Source of the DNA: Octopus sinensis
Taxonomy: Eukaryota
NCBI RefSeq assembly: GCF_006345805.1
Contig: NW_021834792.1
Coordinates: 1-64,000 of the forward strand
Direction: 5' to 3'
Length of the DNA: 64,000 bases
The number at the start of each line of letters is the position of its first letter. The first letter of the stretch is position 1. Positions 1-11,824 of this stretch are shown here, one piece after another. Under the pieces are notes generated by a model that worked only from the letters and a program-made list of their open reading frames with translations, made no database searches and was not told where the DNA came from. A program made the position numbers and the translations under genes.

Positions 1-310
1 TCATATTTCGATAAACAGAATACTCATAGTCGAAGCTGATGGAGGTTCCTTAAGGTAGGAAACAAATAGCGCTCATGTTTGAGAAAGCGATTTGTGTATA
101 TATATAAATGTGTGTGTGTGTGCGCACAGGGAGTACGTAGGTGTGTATTTGTGCCTTCGTGTGTGCGTCTGTGCGCGTGCGTAATAAAACTGCCACACAT
201 TTTATGAAGAAAATGGATGGATATTTTTTCTTCTTCCTGTTTCCTGTTTCGTCATCCATTTTAACTATAGTTGGATCATATCAAACTCTTATATCACCCT
301 TCAAAATTCA

Positions 311-314
<4 letters not shown>

Positions 315-375
<61 letters not shown>

Positions 376-472
376 CTCTCTCTCTTGTCCCTCTGTCTCT
401 CTGTCTTTCTCTTTCACTCTTTTTCCCTCTCTCCGCCTCTCTCCGCCTTTCTCCGTCTCTCTCCGCCCTCTC
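315..472. repeat. (CT)n microsatellite
   Basis: Long imperfect ctct run; it explains the Ser/Leu and Arg/Glu ORFs at 141-590. Confidence 0.95.
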
Positions 473-908
473 TCGTAATACGCTTTGTTCAAACATACCA
501 CCCGAGGCTAGCAATCATAAAAGAATTTTATCGATGGCAACACTTCATTTAGTTAACAAGTGTCTTCATCTTTCTCAATCATTATTTTGAATATGTTTGT
601 AAAAAACAAACAAAATCTCTAATTCTATGAACGCGTATTTGTTTGACTTCCTTTTTCTGAACACGGCATTTTTTGTTTTGATTTTTAATGTGGGATATTT
701 TTTTTTTCTACAAACATGTACACATGTATACACACGAACATACGCAAACACACAGGCATACGCACATGCACACAAACCCACACGCATATAAACATACATA
801 CAACCTCACACATATGTCTGTGTATATGTATTTATGCAAGAATGAATATAAAAATTAATAAATATATAAATAGATCTGTCTCTCTCCCTCTCTTTCTCTC
901 TCTCTCTC

Positions 909-949
<41 letters not shown>

Positions 950-1066
950 CCGATAGAGAGATGGCGAAGAGATACAAATGCATACTTGTGTGCATATGTG
1001 TGTAAGTTGGTGTGTATGGGAACCTCTCTAACATATTTACACATGCATAAATATTTGCAGGCATAA

Positions 1067-1067
<1 letters not shown>

Positions 1068-1114
<47 letters not shown>

Positions 1115-1223
1115 TGTATGTATGTATGTATGTGTGGTGGTGTGTGTGTGTATGTATTATGTATGTATGTATGTATGTATGTATGTATGTATTATGTTTT
1201 GTTGTGTATGTATGTATGTATGC

Positions 1224-1272
<49 letters not shown>

Positions 1273-1385
1273 TCTATCTGTCTATCTATCTCTCTATTTC
1301 CATCTATTTATACATACATACATACATACAAAATACACAAAAACATACATACATTACATACATACATACTACATACATACATACA

Positions 1386-1410
<25 letters not shown>
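1068..1410. repeat. Compound (TATG)n/(TA)n/(CATA)n microsatellite
   Basis: Directly visible tetra- and dinucleotide runs. Confidence 0.95.
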
Positions 1411-1416
<6 letters not shown>

Positions 1417-1937
1417 TTACATACGTGTATGTCTGTAATTTTATTTCGTATGATTCTTTGTCACAATAAGTATAATAATTTAAAACTATTTATTTGTAAA
1501 ATTCCAACAGGAATTTCTCTCCGCCCCACCAAATTTGTTTCTTTACGGCAACGAATGCCTAGCAACAAAATGTAAACTCTTCACCAGCCTTGAATGTGTG
1601 AATCGTTTTCGATCTTTAGTTGAAGTAAATTACCTTCTTCCAATTTTATCAATGGCCCTTCAGAGACACTATCTCATGCAAAGCAACAGTTTTTCCACAG
1701 CAGAGCACAATGGATGTAAGATTATGATTATTTGTCTCACAAATATATTGAACCGGACTCGATTTCATTCCGTAGAGCACTAGACAAACTTTGGGCTGAG
1801 AAAATAAATTCCTTCTTTGGAATTTAACTGACGGAAAACAGCGTGAAACACCGAGGTAAGGGTCGTTCGTGGTCTTTCATGGTAAATTAAATTGTCATCC
1901 GTTTTGCGACAACCACCTTCAGCGGAGTTTTATCAAT

Positions 1938-1939
1938 CA

Positions 1940-2018
<79 letters not shown>

Positions 2019-2109
2019 AATCTATCTATCTATCTATATATCTATATATCTATCTATTTATATATCTCCCACATACATACATACATATATACATACATAC
2101 ATATGTGTG

Positions 2110-2150
<41 letters not shown>

Positions 2151-2170
2151 TGTATGTGTGTGTGTGTATA
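1938..2170. repeat. Compound (TCTA)n/(CATA)n/(TG)n microsatellite
   Basis: Directly visible. Confidence 0.95.
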
Positions 2171-2436
2171 CATACATATATGTTATTTAAAATAGTTTGA
2201 TACGGCACCGTGCGACTTAAATTTTGCCGGTCTCTAACATTTGTTTCCGACTTAGATTATCAATTTTTTAATTAGATTACTAAATCGGTAATGTAAGCCT
2301 GAAAAAGAAAATAGGTTTCTGTTTGAAGCCTGCGAAACGTTAAACCGCACGAAACAAACTATTTCAATTAATAATAACATATATATCTTCTACTAAGTGT
2401 GTTGAGTGCCTTTCTCTTTCGTTTGTCATCTCAATC

Positions 2437-2470
<34 letters not shown>

Positions 2471-2889
2471 ATATATATAATATATATATGGAACAAAAAC
2501 GAAACAGAAGACAATAAAACATTCGGACAGATAGACGATACAAAGGCGGACAGGGGAAACAACAATTAGAAGGACAGGCAAAAAAATACGTGTTATTCGT
2601 GGCCTGTTTTCCCCAGTCAAGTTACCAGAGGTCCTTACTGTTTTGGGCAATTACATTGCGATGATTCGATCTGATTGCCCCTAAAATGTTTTAAGCTAAG
2701 AGTATTAGAGCTTTTTGTAAGAAAGCTAGTGAATGTGTTCTGCAACAAAGACAAAAAACGGAGAATATGGTACACAATTACAAATACAAACACAAGAAAA
2801 TAACCTGTCGGTCGACTGAAATCACATCAAATTGAGCTGGCGTTTATGACGTGAAGGCTAAAGGAGATGGACATATGAAGTGTTGGAAG

Positions 2890-3125
2890 TTGGATTTTAT
2901 ACGAACAATTGTCTTTGAAGACTCATATTGTCGTTGAATGTTCGAAATGAGTAGATACTGCGGAGTATTGATGACGTTGGACTTTCCCTGCGGTGAATTG
3001 ATGATGAGCCGACAACTGATGAGGGGGTCGTTCTTTGTGTTACTTGTCCTGTTTCCCATTTTTTGTCTCGTTGTTTGCGTATTTAACTTGTTTGTTTTCG
3101 TATTTCATGTTGTTTATACAGTACC
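2890..3125 (-). mobile_element. Dispersed repeat of unresolved class (possibly Penelope-derived), homologous to 58340-58540
   Basis: The reverse complement shares gtaacacaaagaacgac..catcagttgtcggct and tatctactc..atttcgaaca..acgacaa.atg.gtcttc with the + copy at 58340-58540. It is interrupted by a 49-bp insertion at 2958-3006. Confidence 0.7.
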
Positions 3126-3162
3126 CATATATGCATATATGTAATGTATATATATCTATATC

Positions 3163-3194
<32 letters not shown>

Positions 3195-3195
3195 A

Positions 3196-3372
3196 TCACG
3201 TGATCACGTGACCGACCAGACCATTAGATGTTGCTACACATCGCTGGTCACAATGTGCGTTCGCATTGTTTTAAACCTTCGAATGACGCCACCCCCGCTG
3301 GCTAAGCGAGCCGGCCAACAGACGAGAGAGAAGAGTGGTGAAAGAGTACAGCAGGGATCACCACCCCCTGTG
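3196..3372 (-). mobile_element. 5'-truncated SINE, family C2 (tail tcacgtgatcacgtga)
   Basis: Highly similar to 40326-40495; truncated at ccaccccctg, where it joins the 30-bp minisatellite. Confidence 0.85.
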
Positions 3373-4068
3373 AACTTTCCCTGCATTGAATTGAGGACGT
3401 TGTTCTTTCCTTGCGGTGAATTGATGACAATGAACTTACCCTACGGTGAACTGATGACGGTGAACTTTCCCTGTGGTGAACTGATGACGTTGGACTTTCC
3501 CTGCTGTGAACTGATGACGGTGAACTATGCCTGCGGAGTATTGATGACGTTGGACTTTCCCTGCGGTGAACTGATGACGATGAATTTTCCTTGCGGAGTA
3601 CTGATGTCGATAAACTTTCCCTGCTGTGAACTGATGACGGTGAACTATGCCTGCGGAGTATTGATGACGTTGGATTTTCCCTGCGGTGAACTGATGACGA
3701 TGAATTTTCCTTGCGGTGAACTGATGACGGTGAACTATCCCTGCGGAGTAATGATATCGGTAAACTTTCCTTGCGGTGAATTGACGACAGTGAACTTTCC
3801 CTGCGGTGAATTGATGACAGTAAACATTCCCTGCGATGACTTGATGACGGTTAACTTTCCTTGCGGTGAAATGATGACGCTGAACTTACCCTGCGGTGAA
3901 ATGATAACAGTGAATTTCCCTGCGGTGAATTACTGACGCTATACTTCCCCTGCGGTGACTTGATGACGGTAAACTTGCCCTGCGGTGAATTAATGACGGT
4001 GAACTTTCCTTGCGGTGAATCGATGACGCTGAAACTTTCTGTGCGATGAATTGATGACGGTGAACTTA
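3370..4068. repeat. 30-bp minisatellite (~23 units; consensus ctgatgacggtgaactttccctgcggtgaa)
   Basis: Tandem units are visible; 3481-3600 and 3601-3720 form a near-identical 120-bp higher-order duplication. Confidence 0.95.
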
Positions 4069-4458
4069 CCGGACATGAATATTTACTCTAATGCAACAGG
4101 GTGAAGTCTGATGATTTGAGAGATTCTCAGTCGTGTTTTGCAGCTTCTCGTAGATGTTGCGCTTCATGCATACCTTCTTGTACGATGTTAGAATGCAATA
4201 AAACTTCTTAATGACGGCATTGCAGCGATACCCATATAATCCATTCATACGTTTTTATTGTCGTTTTACACCACGCTCAAGTTCTCTTCAAATTTAGACA
4301 TTCTTCGAGTTGCAAACTACCACCACCTGTGGATTCCCCTCCACCCGTGAGCTTCCCTTCATAAACCGGTGTGTTTACTTCTTGATTTGTGTTCCACCGA
4401 TAAGCCATTAATGTTGTGTGTTTCATTTTAATATGCATCAATCTTAATTGGCGCTCTT

Positions 4459-4460
4459 TA

Positions 4461-4546
<86 letters not shown>

Positions 4547-4947
4547 TTGTATGCATGTATGTATCTGCCTGTTTGTATGTATGTATGTATGCAGGTATGT
4601 ATGTATGTATGCATGTATGTATGTATGTATGTATGTATGCATGTAGTATGTCTGTATGTATGTATGTATGTATGTATGTATGTATGTATGTATGTATGTA
4701 GTGTATATGTATGTATATATTTATTCTGTGTATTTATATAATATAATATGATATATATATAATACTTATATGTATTATCTATACGCATATTACATATATA
4801 TATGTATATACGTATATATATAATATATATATATATAATATTATATATACATACACACACTAAGTATATATATATATACACCATAAGTGTATATATATGC
4901 ACACACACATAAGTATATATATATGTATTTATATATTTAATAAGTAC

Positions 4948-4978
<31 letters not shown>

Positions 4979-4997
4979 ATACATATATGTATATATG

Positions 4998-5048
<51 letters not shown>

Positions 5049-5050
5049 TT
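4459..5050. repeat. Compound (TCTA)n/(TATG)n/(TA)n microsatellite
   Basis: Directly visible. Confidence 0.95.
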
Positions 5051-5351
5051 ATGTATGTGTGCGTGTGAGTGCATGGGCATAAGCGTGGAAATGTAAAGTG
5101 GGAGAGAGAGGAGAGAGAGAGAGAGAGAGAGAGCAGGAAGAGCTCATCATCGTCATCGTCATCATAATCATAATCATCAACATCATCACCACAAAAACAA
5201 CAACATCGTCTCTATAACGATATTCGAGTTATAACTTGTTAACGTTTTTTCCAGCCTTTAAATAAACTGCACAGCATACATTAAAGCGCTTTTTTCGCCT
5301 CTCGCTTGTACATGCAACTGATAATGATTTCATATATATACATCATATATA

Positions 5352-5384
<33 letters not shown>

Positions 5385-5418
5385 CTATATTTATATATAT
5401 GTATATATATATATATAT

Positions 5419-5460
<42 letters not shown>

Positions 5461-5764
5461 ATGTGTGTGTGTGTATGTATTATGTATGTTTGGTATGTAT
5501 TATGTATGTATGTATGTATGTATGTATGTATGTATGTCTGTTTTGTATGTATGTATGTATGTATGCGTATGGGAAACCGATGTAGAAAGAAAATATTGGA
5601 AGAACAAGGTAAACATACAAAATACATAAAATGTAGGGAAACCGAAAGAAGGAAAGAATGGAAAAAAATATAGGCGTAAAAATAGGGTAGAATATTCAAA
5701 AACTTATGTGGAGAATATATTGGAAGGAAAAAGAAACTAAATGGGAAGTCTAAAAATTTCGATA

Positions 5765-5787
5765 TAAATATAGATATAGATATAGAT

Positions 5788-5863
<76 letters not shown>

Positions 5864-5872
5864 ATAGATGGC

Positions 5873-5947
<75 letters not shown>

Positions 5948-5977
5948 ATAAACAGAAAGATAGATAGATAGATAGAG

Positions 5978-6050
<73 letters not shown>

Positions 6051-6055
6051 TACAT
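5765..6055. repeat. (AGAT)n microsatellite
   Basis: About 290 bp of agat repeats. Confidence 0.95.
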
Positions 6056-6314
6056 AAATACATACATGAACATATATATGCACAGAAACACATACGTATA
6101 TATGAATATTAGCTTTTGTCAGTTTTCTCTTTTATTTAATTATTTATTGGTATTGTGTATCTTTACATGTGAAATTGCTAAAACCAAAATGTTATTTCTT
6201 CTAAACTGTAAAAATACATTTGGTAAAAGAAAACAAATAATTCGAAAAGGATTGAAATTTTATTTTAAAAATTTGAATGAGAAAACTGATTATTGATTTT
6301 ATATATTTAAATTT

Positions 6315-7725
6315 GTGGCAGAATTGTTAGCACGTTGAGCAAAATTCTCACCGTCATTTAATATACTATTACGTTCTGTGTTCAAATTCCGCCGAGGTCG
6401 ATATTTGCCTTTCATCCTTTCAGGGTTGATCAAGTAAGTACCCGTTGAGCATAGGGCCCAACGTAAGCAACTTATCTCCTCCCACTGAACTTGCAGGCCT
6501 TGTGCCAAAATTTGGATATCAAAGGCGATGAACTGACAGAATCATCAGCACGTCAGACAAAATGCTTAGCGGTATTTAGTCCGAGCTGGCAGAATCGTTA
6601 GCATGCCGGGCTGAGCGGTATTTCGTCTGCCGTTACGTTGTGAGTTCAAATTCCGCTGATGTCGACTTTGCCTTTCACCCTTTCGGGGTCGATAAATTAA
6701 GTACCAGTTACGCACTGGGGTCGATGTAATCGACTTGATACCTATGTCTGTCCTTGTTTGTGCACTCTATGTTTACCACTTGTGGGTAATAAAGAAATAG
6801 GTATTTCGTCTGCCGCTGCGTTCTGTGTTCAAATTCTACCGAGGTCGACTTTGGCTTTCATCCTTTCGGGGTCGATTAAATAAGTACCAGTTATGCACTG
6901 GAGTCGATGTAATCGACTTAATCCGTTTATCTGTCCTTGTTCGTCCCCTCTATGTTTAGCCCCTTGTGGGTAATAAAGAAACAGGTATTTCGTCTGCCGC
7001 TACGTTCTGAGTTCAAATTCCGCCGAGGTCGACTCTGCCTTTCATCATTTCGGGGTCGATTAAATAAGTACCAGTTACGCACTGGGGTCGATATAATCGA
7101 CTTAATCTGTTTTTCTGTCCTTGTTTGTCCCCTCTGTGTTTAGCCCTCTGTGGGTAGTAAAGAAATAGGTATTTCGTCTAAGTTCTACCTTCTAAGTTCA
7201 AATTCCGCCGAGGTCGACTGTTTCCTGTCATCCTTTCGGGGTCTATTAAATAAGTACCGGTTACGCACTGGGGTCGATATAATCGACTTAATCCGTTTGC
7301 CTGTCCTTGTTGGTCCTCTCTGTGTTTAGCCCCTTGTGGGTAGTAAAGAAATAAGTATTTAGTCCGTTTTTACGTCCTGAGTTCAAATTCCGCCGAGGTC
7401 GATTTTTGCCCTCCATCCTTTCGAGGATGATCAAGTAAGTACCCGAGGTCATCTTTGCCTTTCATTCTTTCGGCCTTGTGCAATATATTTAGATAAGTGT
7501 AAGACGGCGAACTAGCAAAGTCGCTAGCACGCCGATACAGTGCTTAGCAGTATTTTATCTGTATCTATTTTTACGCTCTCAGTTCGAATTCCACCGAGTT
7601 CGATTTGGTCTTTTATGCTTTAAGGGTCGATAAAATAAGTACCAGATGAGTACTGAAGTCGATAAAGTCAACTAGTCCCCTTCCCGGAACTTGTTGGCCT
7701 TGTACCAGAATTTGAAACCGATATG
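6315..7725 (+). mobile_element. Cluster of SINE family A copies, including a five-unit 184-bp tandem multimer
   Basis: Head gagctggcagaatcgttagca; B-box-like gagttcaaattcc; central ctttgcctttcatcctttcggggtcgat. Unit starts (gtatttcgtc) at 6618, 6801, 6985, 7169 and 7355. Confidence 0.9.
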
Positions 7726-8181
7726 TTTAAATGTATGTCTTGACAGAACCGTTTGTGCATCGAACAAACCATCGTAGAGTATTTTTTGCGGTTCTTTACT
7801 GTCTGATTTCAAATTCTGCATTGGTTAATTTTAACCGTCAACGCCCCGGGACCCATCAAATCCCGAGGTCGGTGGCATCGACTGATCTTTCTTCTCAACG
7901 TTGCTGACATAGTTCCTCAATTAGAAGAGAATATTTTAATATATTTTTTTTATCCTACTTGTTTTAGTCATTTCACTGTGGTCATGCTGGAGCGCTACCT
8001 TGAAGAGTTTAGTCATGCAAATCGACACGAATACTTGGTTTTGTCAATCTGGTACTTATTCTTTTATCGAACCGCAAAGTCAAAGGAGCGTAAAGTTACC
8101 AACGACGACTGTCAGATGATATGGAAACAAATACGAACACAAAAACATATACATACTTATGTACGTATGTATGTATATATG

Positions 8182-8215
<34 letters not shown>

Positions 8216-8254
8216 TGTATGTATGTATGCATATATGTATGTGTGTGTATGTAT

Positions 8255-8540
8255 GTTATTCAGTTTCATTTCAAGATTTCTTGCTAATAGAGAAAGAGCT
8301 GGTTTCTAACCTAGATCCAAGGTTCCTTCATTGGAATTTCACCATCAACAATAAAGTGCTTTTGTTTATTTATTGATATGTATGTATGTATGTATGCATG
8401 TATGTATGTGTGTGTGAGAGCAGATTTGTATATTTTGCTCTATGTATGTACTCGCATGCATTTAGTTGCATATCAAGACATACTCACATATATTTAAATG
8501 ATAAACTTCTGGAAAGTTTTACAGATTTTTACAGTTCCAG
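8255..8540 (-). mobile_element. 3' end of R4/Dong-like non-LTR retrotransposon
   Basis: Reverse complement matches 33700-33951 (ctgtaaaactttccagaagtttatcatttaa ... caagaaatcttgaaat); flanked by (TATG)n. Confidence 0.85.
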
Positions 8541-8559
8541 TATGTAACTATTATGTATA

Positions 8560-8700
8560 TACACGACGGGCTTCTACACAGTTTCCGTTTACCAAATTCC
8601 CACACTAGGCACTGGTTGAATCTTGACCAAGTTGCCACGCAGTGCGATTGAATCCGAAAGCAAGTGATGGCAAAACCAAATACTTAACCATGCATTCATT
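8560..8700 (-). mobile_element. SINE family B fragment
   Basis: Matches the reverse complement of the 5' part of 61204-61585. Confidence 0.75.
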
Positions 8701-9320
8701 TTCTGTTATATACATTCTAATAAATACATTTAACTTAGATTCTAATTCTTATTTACATTTCTCAGTTTTGAATCGTAAAATTTTACTCATTTAATTTTTC
8801 TACAAGTTATCGTTTCTTGAAAACATGTCAGGTTTTTACAATTTAACATCTAAACCGAAATAAATGAATATAAGGCATAATAAATAAATAAATAAATAAA
8901 GTGTGGAAATTATTGAAAACATAATCGCAAAGAATATTCTATTTGGATCAATAAAACTATATTGTTGATAAAATGATAATGTGTTATTGAGGTAGAAAAG
9001 CACAGGTTTATAGATTTATAGCAAAGAGAATGAGATGGAATGATGAATTTAATATTTAGAAGCATATCATGGGAACGAAACACCGAAGAATTAAGACTAA
9101 AATGCTCACACACGCGCATGCACATGCATACGTACGCTCACACGGTCACATATATATGCATTAGTGGCGTTCGAAGCACATAACGTTGTGAATAATAGCT
9201 TACAAATATTGGGTTGAAAAGCTCTTTTGGATAGAAAATGTTTAAGGCTTTATAAGTGCTTCCAGGTTACTTATTCCAAAAAAGAATTATTTCGCGTTCT
9301 CCCGAAAGTTCATTAATATA

Positions 9321-9455
9321 TACGAGGTGTGTTCAAAAAGTAGGTTGGCCGTCTCTGTTCCCGGCTGTTAGGCATAGAGTGCAGATGCGTAGTGCGCGCT
9401 TGTTTCATTATATTTTTCAGGCAAGATGACCGAACGCATCGAGCAGAGACCATAA
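9321..9455 (+). mobile_element. Mariner left end: TA + TIR and transposase start
   Basis: ta-cgaggtgtgttcaaaaagta terminus typical of mariner; ATG at 9426 gives MTERIEQR, a mariner-like N-terminus. Confidence 0.7.
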
Positions 9456-9463
9456 TTCGATGG

Positions 9464-9980
9464 CTCACCAGTGATGATGGTCTTCATGAAGTCTGCGTCC
9501 TGCTTTGCACGGTCGGGTATGTCCTGAACGATTTCCATGCGGAGTTGCTTTTGCTGCTGTTACTGTTGCGGTTCTGTTGAGCGAACGGTCTTCGCAAGAT
9601 GGGAAAAGTCCGAAACGTGGTCCTATGCTATTCGTAAAACCCGCAAGAAGTGAAAGCAGGTCAACCCCCGACACCGAGAGCATCGACGGATGGATGAACG
9701 CGCATCCAGGCTCAGTGGTGCGTAGAAGTCGGGACAAGAAACAGGGGAAGAAAGAAGAGAAGAGAGTAGAAAGTTAGAGCGAAAGAGTACAACAGGGGGT
9801 CGCCACCACCCCCTGCCGGAGCCTCGTGGAGCTTTAGGTGTTTTCGCTCAATAAACACACACAACCCCCGGTCTAGGACTCGAAACCGCGATCCTCCGAC
9901 CGCGAGTCCGCTGCCCTAACCATTGGGCCATTGCGCCTCCACTGCTTTTGCTGCTCCGCCAGCACCTAGTCATCTAACTT
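9464..9980 (-). pseudogene. Mariner transposase fragment split by a SINE
   Basis: Minus strand 9975-9956 plus 9558-9464 reads LAEQQKQLRMEIVQDIPDRAKQDADFMKTIITGE, the region just before the first catalytic Asp (TGDE motif). Confidence 0.8.
9559..9942 (-). mobile_element. Full-length tRNA-derived SINE, family C1, with 13-bp TSD
   Basis: tRNA-like head gtggaggcgcaatggcccaatggttagggcagcggactcgc...; TSD tgcttttgctgct at 9546-9558 and 9943-9955. Confidence 0.92.
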
Positions 9981-9999
9981 TTTTTTCTTCTTGTAATTG

Positions 10000-10378
10000 A
10001 CCTTTGAGGCACTTAACTTTCATGGTACTTTGTTTCGTGTGGGGAGACCACAGCGGACAACATTATTCAAGGTTGAGAAAAGGAGGAGAATGGTGTGAAT
10101 ATCTCTCGACTGGAAAGTTCTGAGAATCCAGGAACACGTTCCGAGAGCCATGTCAGTTTTGCTGTTTATATGAGCGACCCAACTTTGTTGTTGTCCACAA
10201 TTACTCCCAAGTTTCTGATGTTGTTGGATGCCATGATAGTTTCACCCGAAGGAAGGAAGTATGGGAGTTTCAGGGAGCTTTATAGTATCCTCTTTTCCGA
10301 AGTGGATCAACTCAAATTTGTCCTCATTCAGCAGCATATTGTTCTTTTCCGGCCATTGGATGATAGCCAGTAAGCTGA
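10000..10378 (-). pseudogene. CR1/L2-group LINE reverse transcriptase C-terminal fragment
   Basis: Frameshifted translation: QWPEKNNMLLNEDKFELIHFG ... IMASNNIRNLGVIVDNN ... HINSKTDMALGTCSWILRTFQSRD. Confidence 0.85.
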
Positions 10379-10399
10379 CCGCATGTCCTGTCACCCACT

Positions 10400-10525
10400 T
10401 TCGTTTTGGGATCACCAAAGTAAGAAAGCATTTTACGTTTCAAGCCCACACTCTTCGACAGAAAGGAACACAGAAATAAACAGGGAGAGAAAATAGAAAA
10501 AGGTATAGTGGCTAGCGATCTATGA
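10400..10525 (-). mobile_element. Penelope-like short repeat (family P1) with hammerhead-like motif
   Basis: ctttctgtcgaagagtgtgggcttgaaacgtaaaa on the minus strand; homologous to the copies at 15315, 16305 and 25330. Confidence 0.7.
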
Positions 10526-10704
10526 TATATGTACATACATACACGCATGTATGCACATGCACACACATAAATATCTCATCCAGCTCACATGCCCCAAAAC
10601 CTCCGAGTGTATATATATATATGTGTGTGTGTGTATGTCTGTTACGTAATCACTTTCATTAGCTTACAACCGTTTCAGCTATAAGAAAGCGTGCAGCAAG
10701 TGTC

Positions 10705-10975
10705 TTCTCGTATAGCCTCGGCTCGACCAAAGTCTCGTGAGTGAATCTGATAGATCGAAACTGAAAGAAGTCGTTACACTACCGGTGTTGACGTGTTTAC
10801 GTCCTCGTAAGTTAGCGGCTCGGCAAAAGAGACAGAATAAGTACCAAGCTTTAAGAAAAAGGGGAAAAAAATCAGAAAAATGTACTGAAGTCGATTCGTT
10901 CAATTAAAACTTCTTCAAGTGGTGCCCTAGAATGGCCGCAGTTTAATGACTGAAACAAGTGAACGATAGAAAATA
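10705..10975 (+). mobile_element. SINE family B, 5'-truncated
   Basis: caagtgtcttct..tatagcctcg, gtaagttagcggctcggcaaaagagac, gactgaaacaagt. Confidence 0.8.
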
Positions 10976-11239
10976 AAAGATATATTTAACACGCCTATGT
11001 AAATTCCAATTTCACGTTTCAGTATATGCAAGCGTATTAGATATGAATGCATTACAGCTTTACTTTAATCGTTGCTGCTTAACATGCTTCTTAAAAATTC
11101 CAATTTGGCAAAATTTTGCACACGCTAGCAAATGTATTTTTATGCTATTTACAAGCAGGAACGGTAGTTCTTAGTAGGTTTCGATTGAAGTGGGCAGTGG
11201 TTGTAACTAATGAATCGTAGTTTAGCGAATGTAGTGTAG

Positions 11240-11824
11240 TAATGCGGTGAGCTGGCAGACACGTTAGCACGCCGGACGAAATGCTTAGTGGTAGTTCGTC
11301 TACCGCTACGTTCTGAGTTCAAATTCCGCCGAGGTCAACTTTGTCTTTCATCCTTTCGGGGTCGATTAAATAAGTACCAGTTACGCACTGGGGTCGACAT
11401 AATCGACTTAATCCGTTTGTCTGTCCTTGTTTGTCGCCTCCGTGTGTAGCCCCTTGTGGGCAGTAAAGAAATAGGTATTTCGTTTGCCGTTACATTCTGA
11501 GTTCAAATTTCGCCGAGGTCGACTTTGCCTTTCATCCTTTCGGGATCGATAAATTAAGTACTAGTTACGCACTGCGGTCGATGTAATCGACTTAATCCCT
11601 TTGTCTGTCCTTGTTTGTCCTGTCTGTGTTTAGCCCCTTGTGAGTAGTAAAGAAATAGGTATTTCGTCTACCGTGACGTTCTGAGTTCAAATTCCGCTGA
11701 GGTCAACTTTGCCTTTCATACTTTCGGGGTCGATGAATTAAGTACCAGTTGCGTACTGGGATCGATCTAATCGACCGGTCTCCTCCCACAAAATTTCGGG
11801 CCTTGTGCGTAGAGTAGAAAAGAA
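11240..11824 (+). mobile_element. SINE family A trimer bounded by a degenerate TSD
   Basis: One head, units at 11291/11475/11659 (184-bp period) and one tail. tttagcgaatgtagt (11221-11235) versus tttagcgagtgtagt (11825-11839). Confidence 0.9.

Noticed and set aside
19-54. Possible 36-nt exon ILIVEADGGSL bounded by ag/gtagga, vaguely cadherin-like
   Set aside because: No pyrimidine tract is visible at the window edge, the donor is weak, and it lacks the A-x-D-x-G-x-P motif.
1500-1860. Unique segment ending in a donor-like GAG|GTAAGG
   Set aside because: All frames are interrupted by stops, there is no recognisable product and no convincing acceptor.
3016-3060. CTGATGA in the 2890-3125 repeat and in the 30-bp minisatellite as hammerhead cores
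   Set aside because: No stem II followed by GAAA.
3370-4068. CRISPR-like array
   Set aside because: The units are contiguous with no unique spacers, and the context is eukaryotic; it is a minisatellite.
4080-4430. Coding-looking minus-strand sequence (MAYRWNTNQEVNTPVYEGKLTGG...)
   Set aside because: Stops in all frames and no identifiable family.
9800-9942. tRNA gene (also 40530-40613, 39838-39870, 61204-61280)
   Set aside because: These are tRNA-derived SINE heads that continue into SINE bodies; there is no complete cloverleaf.
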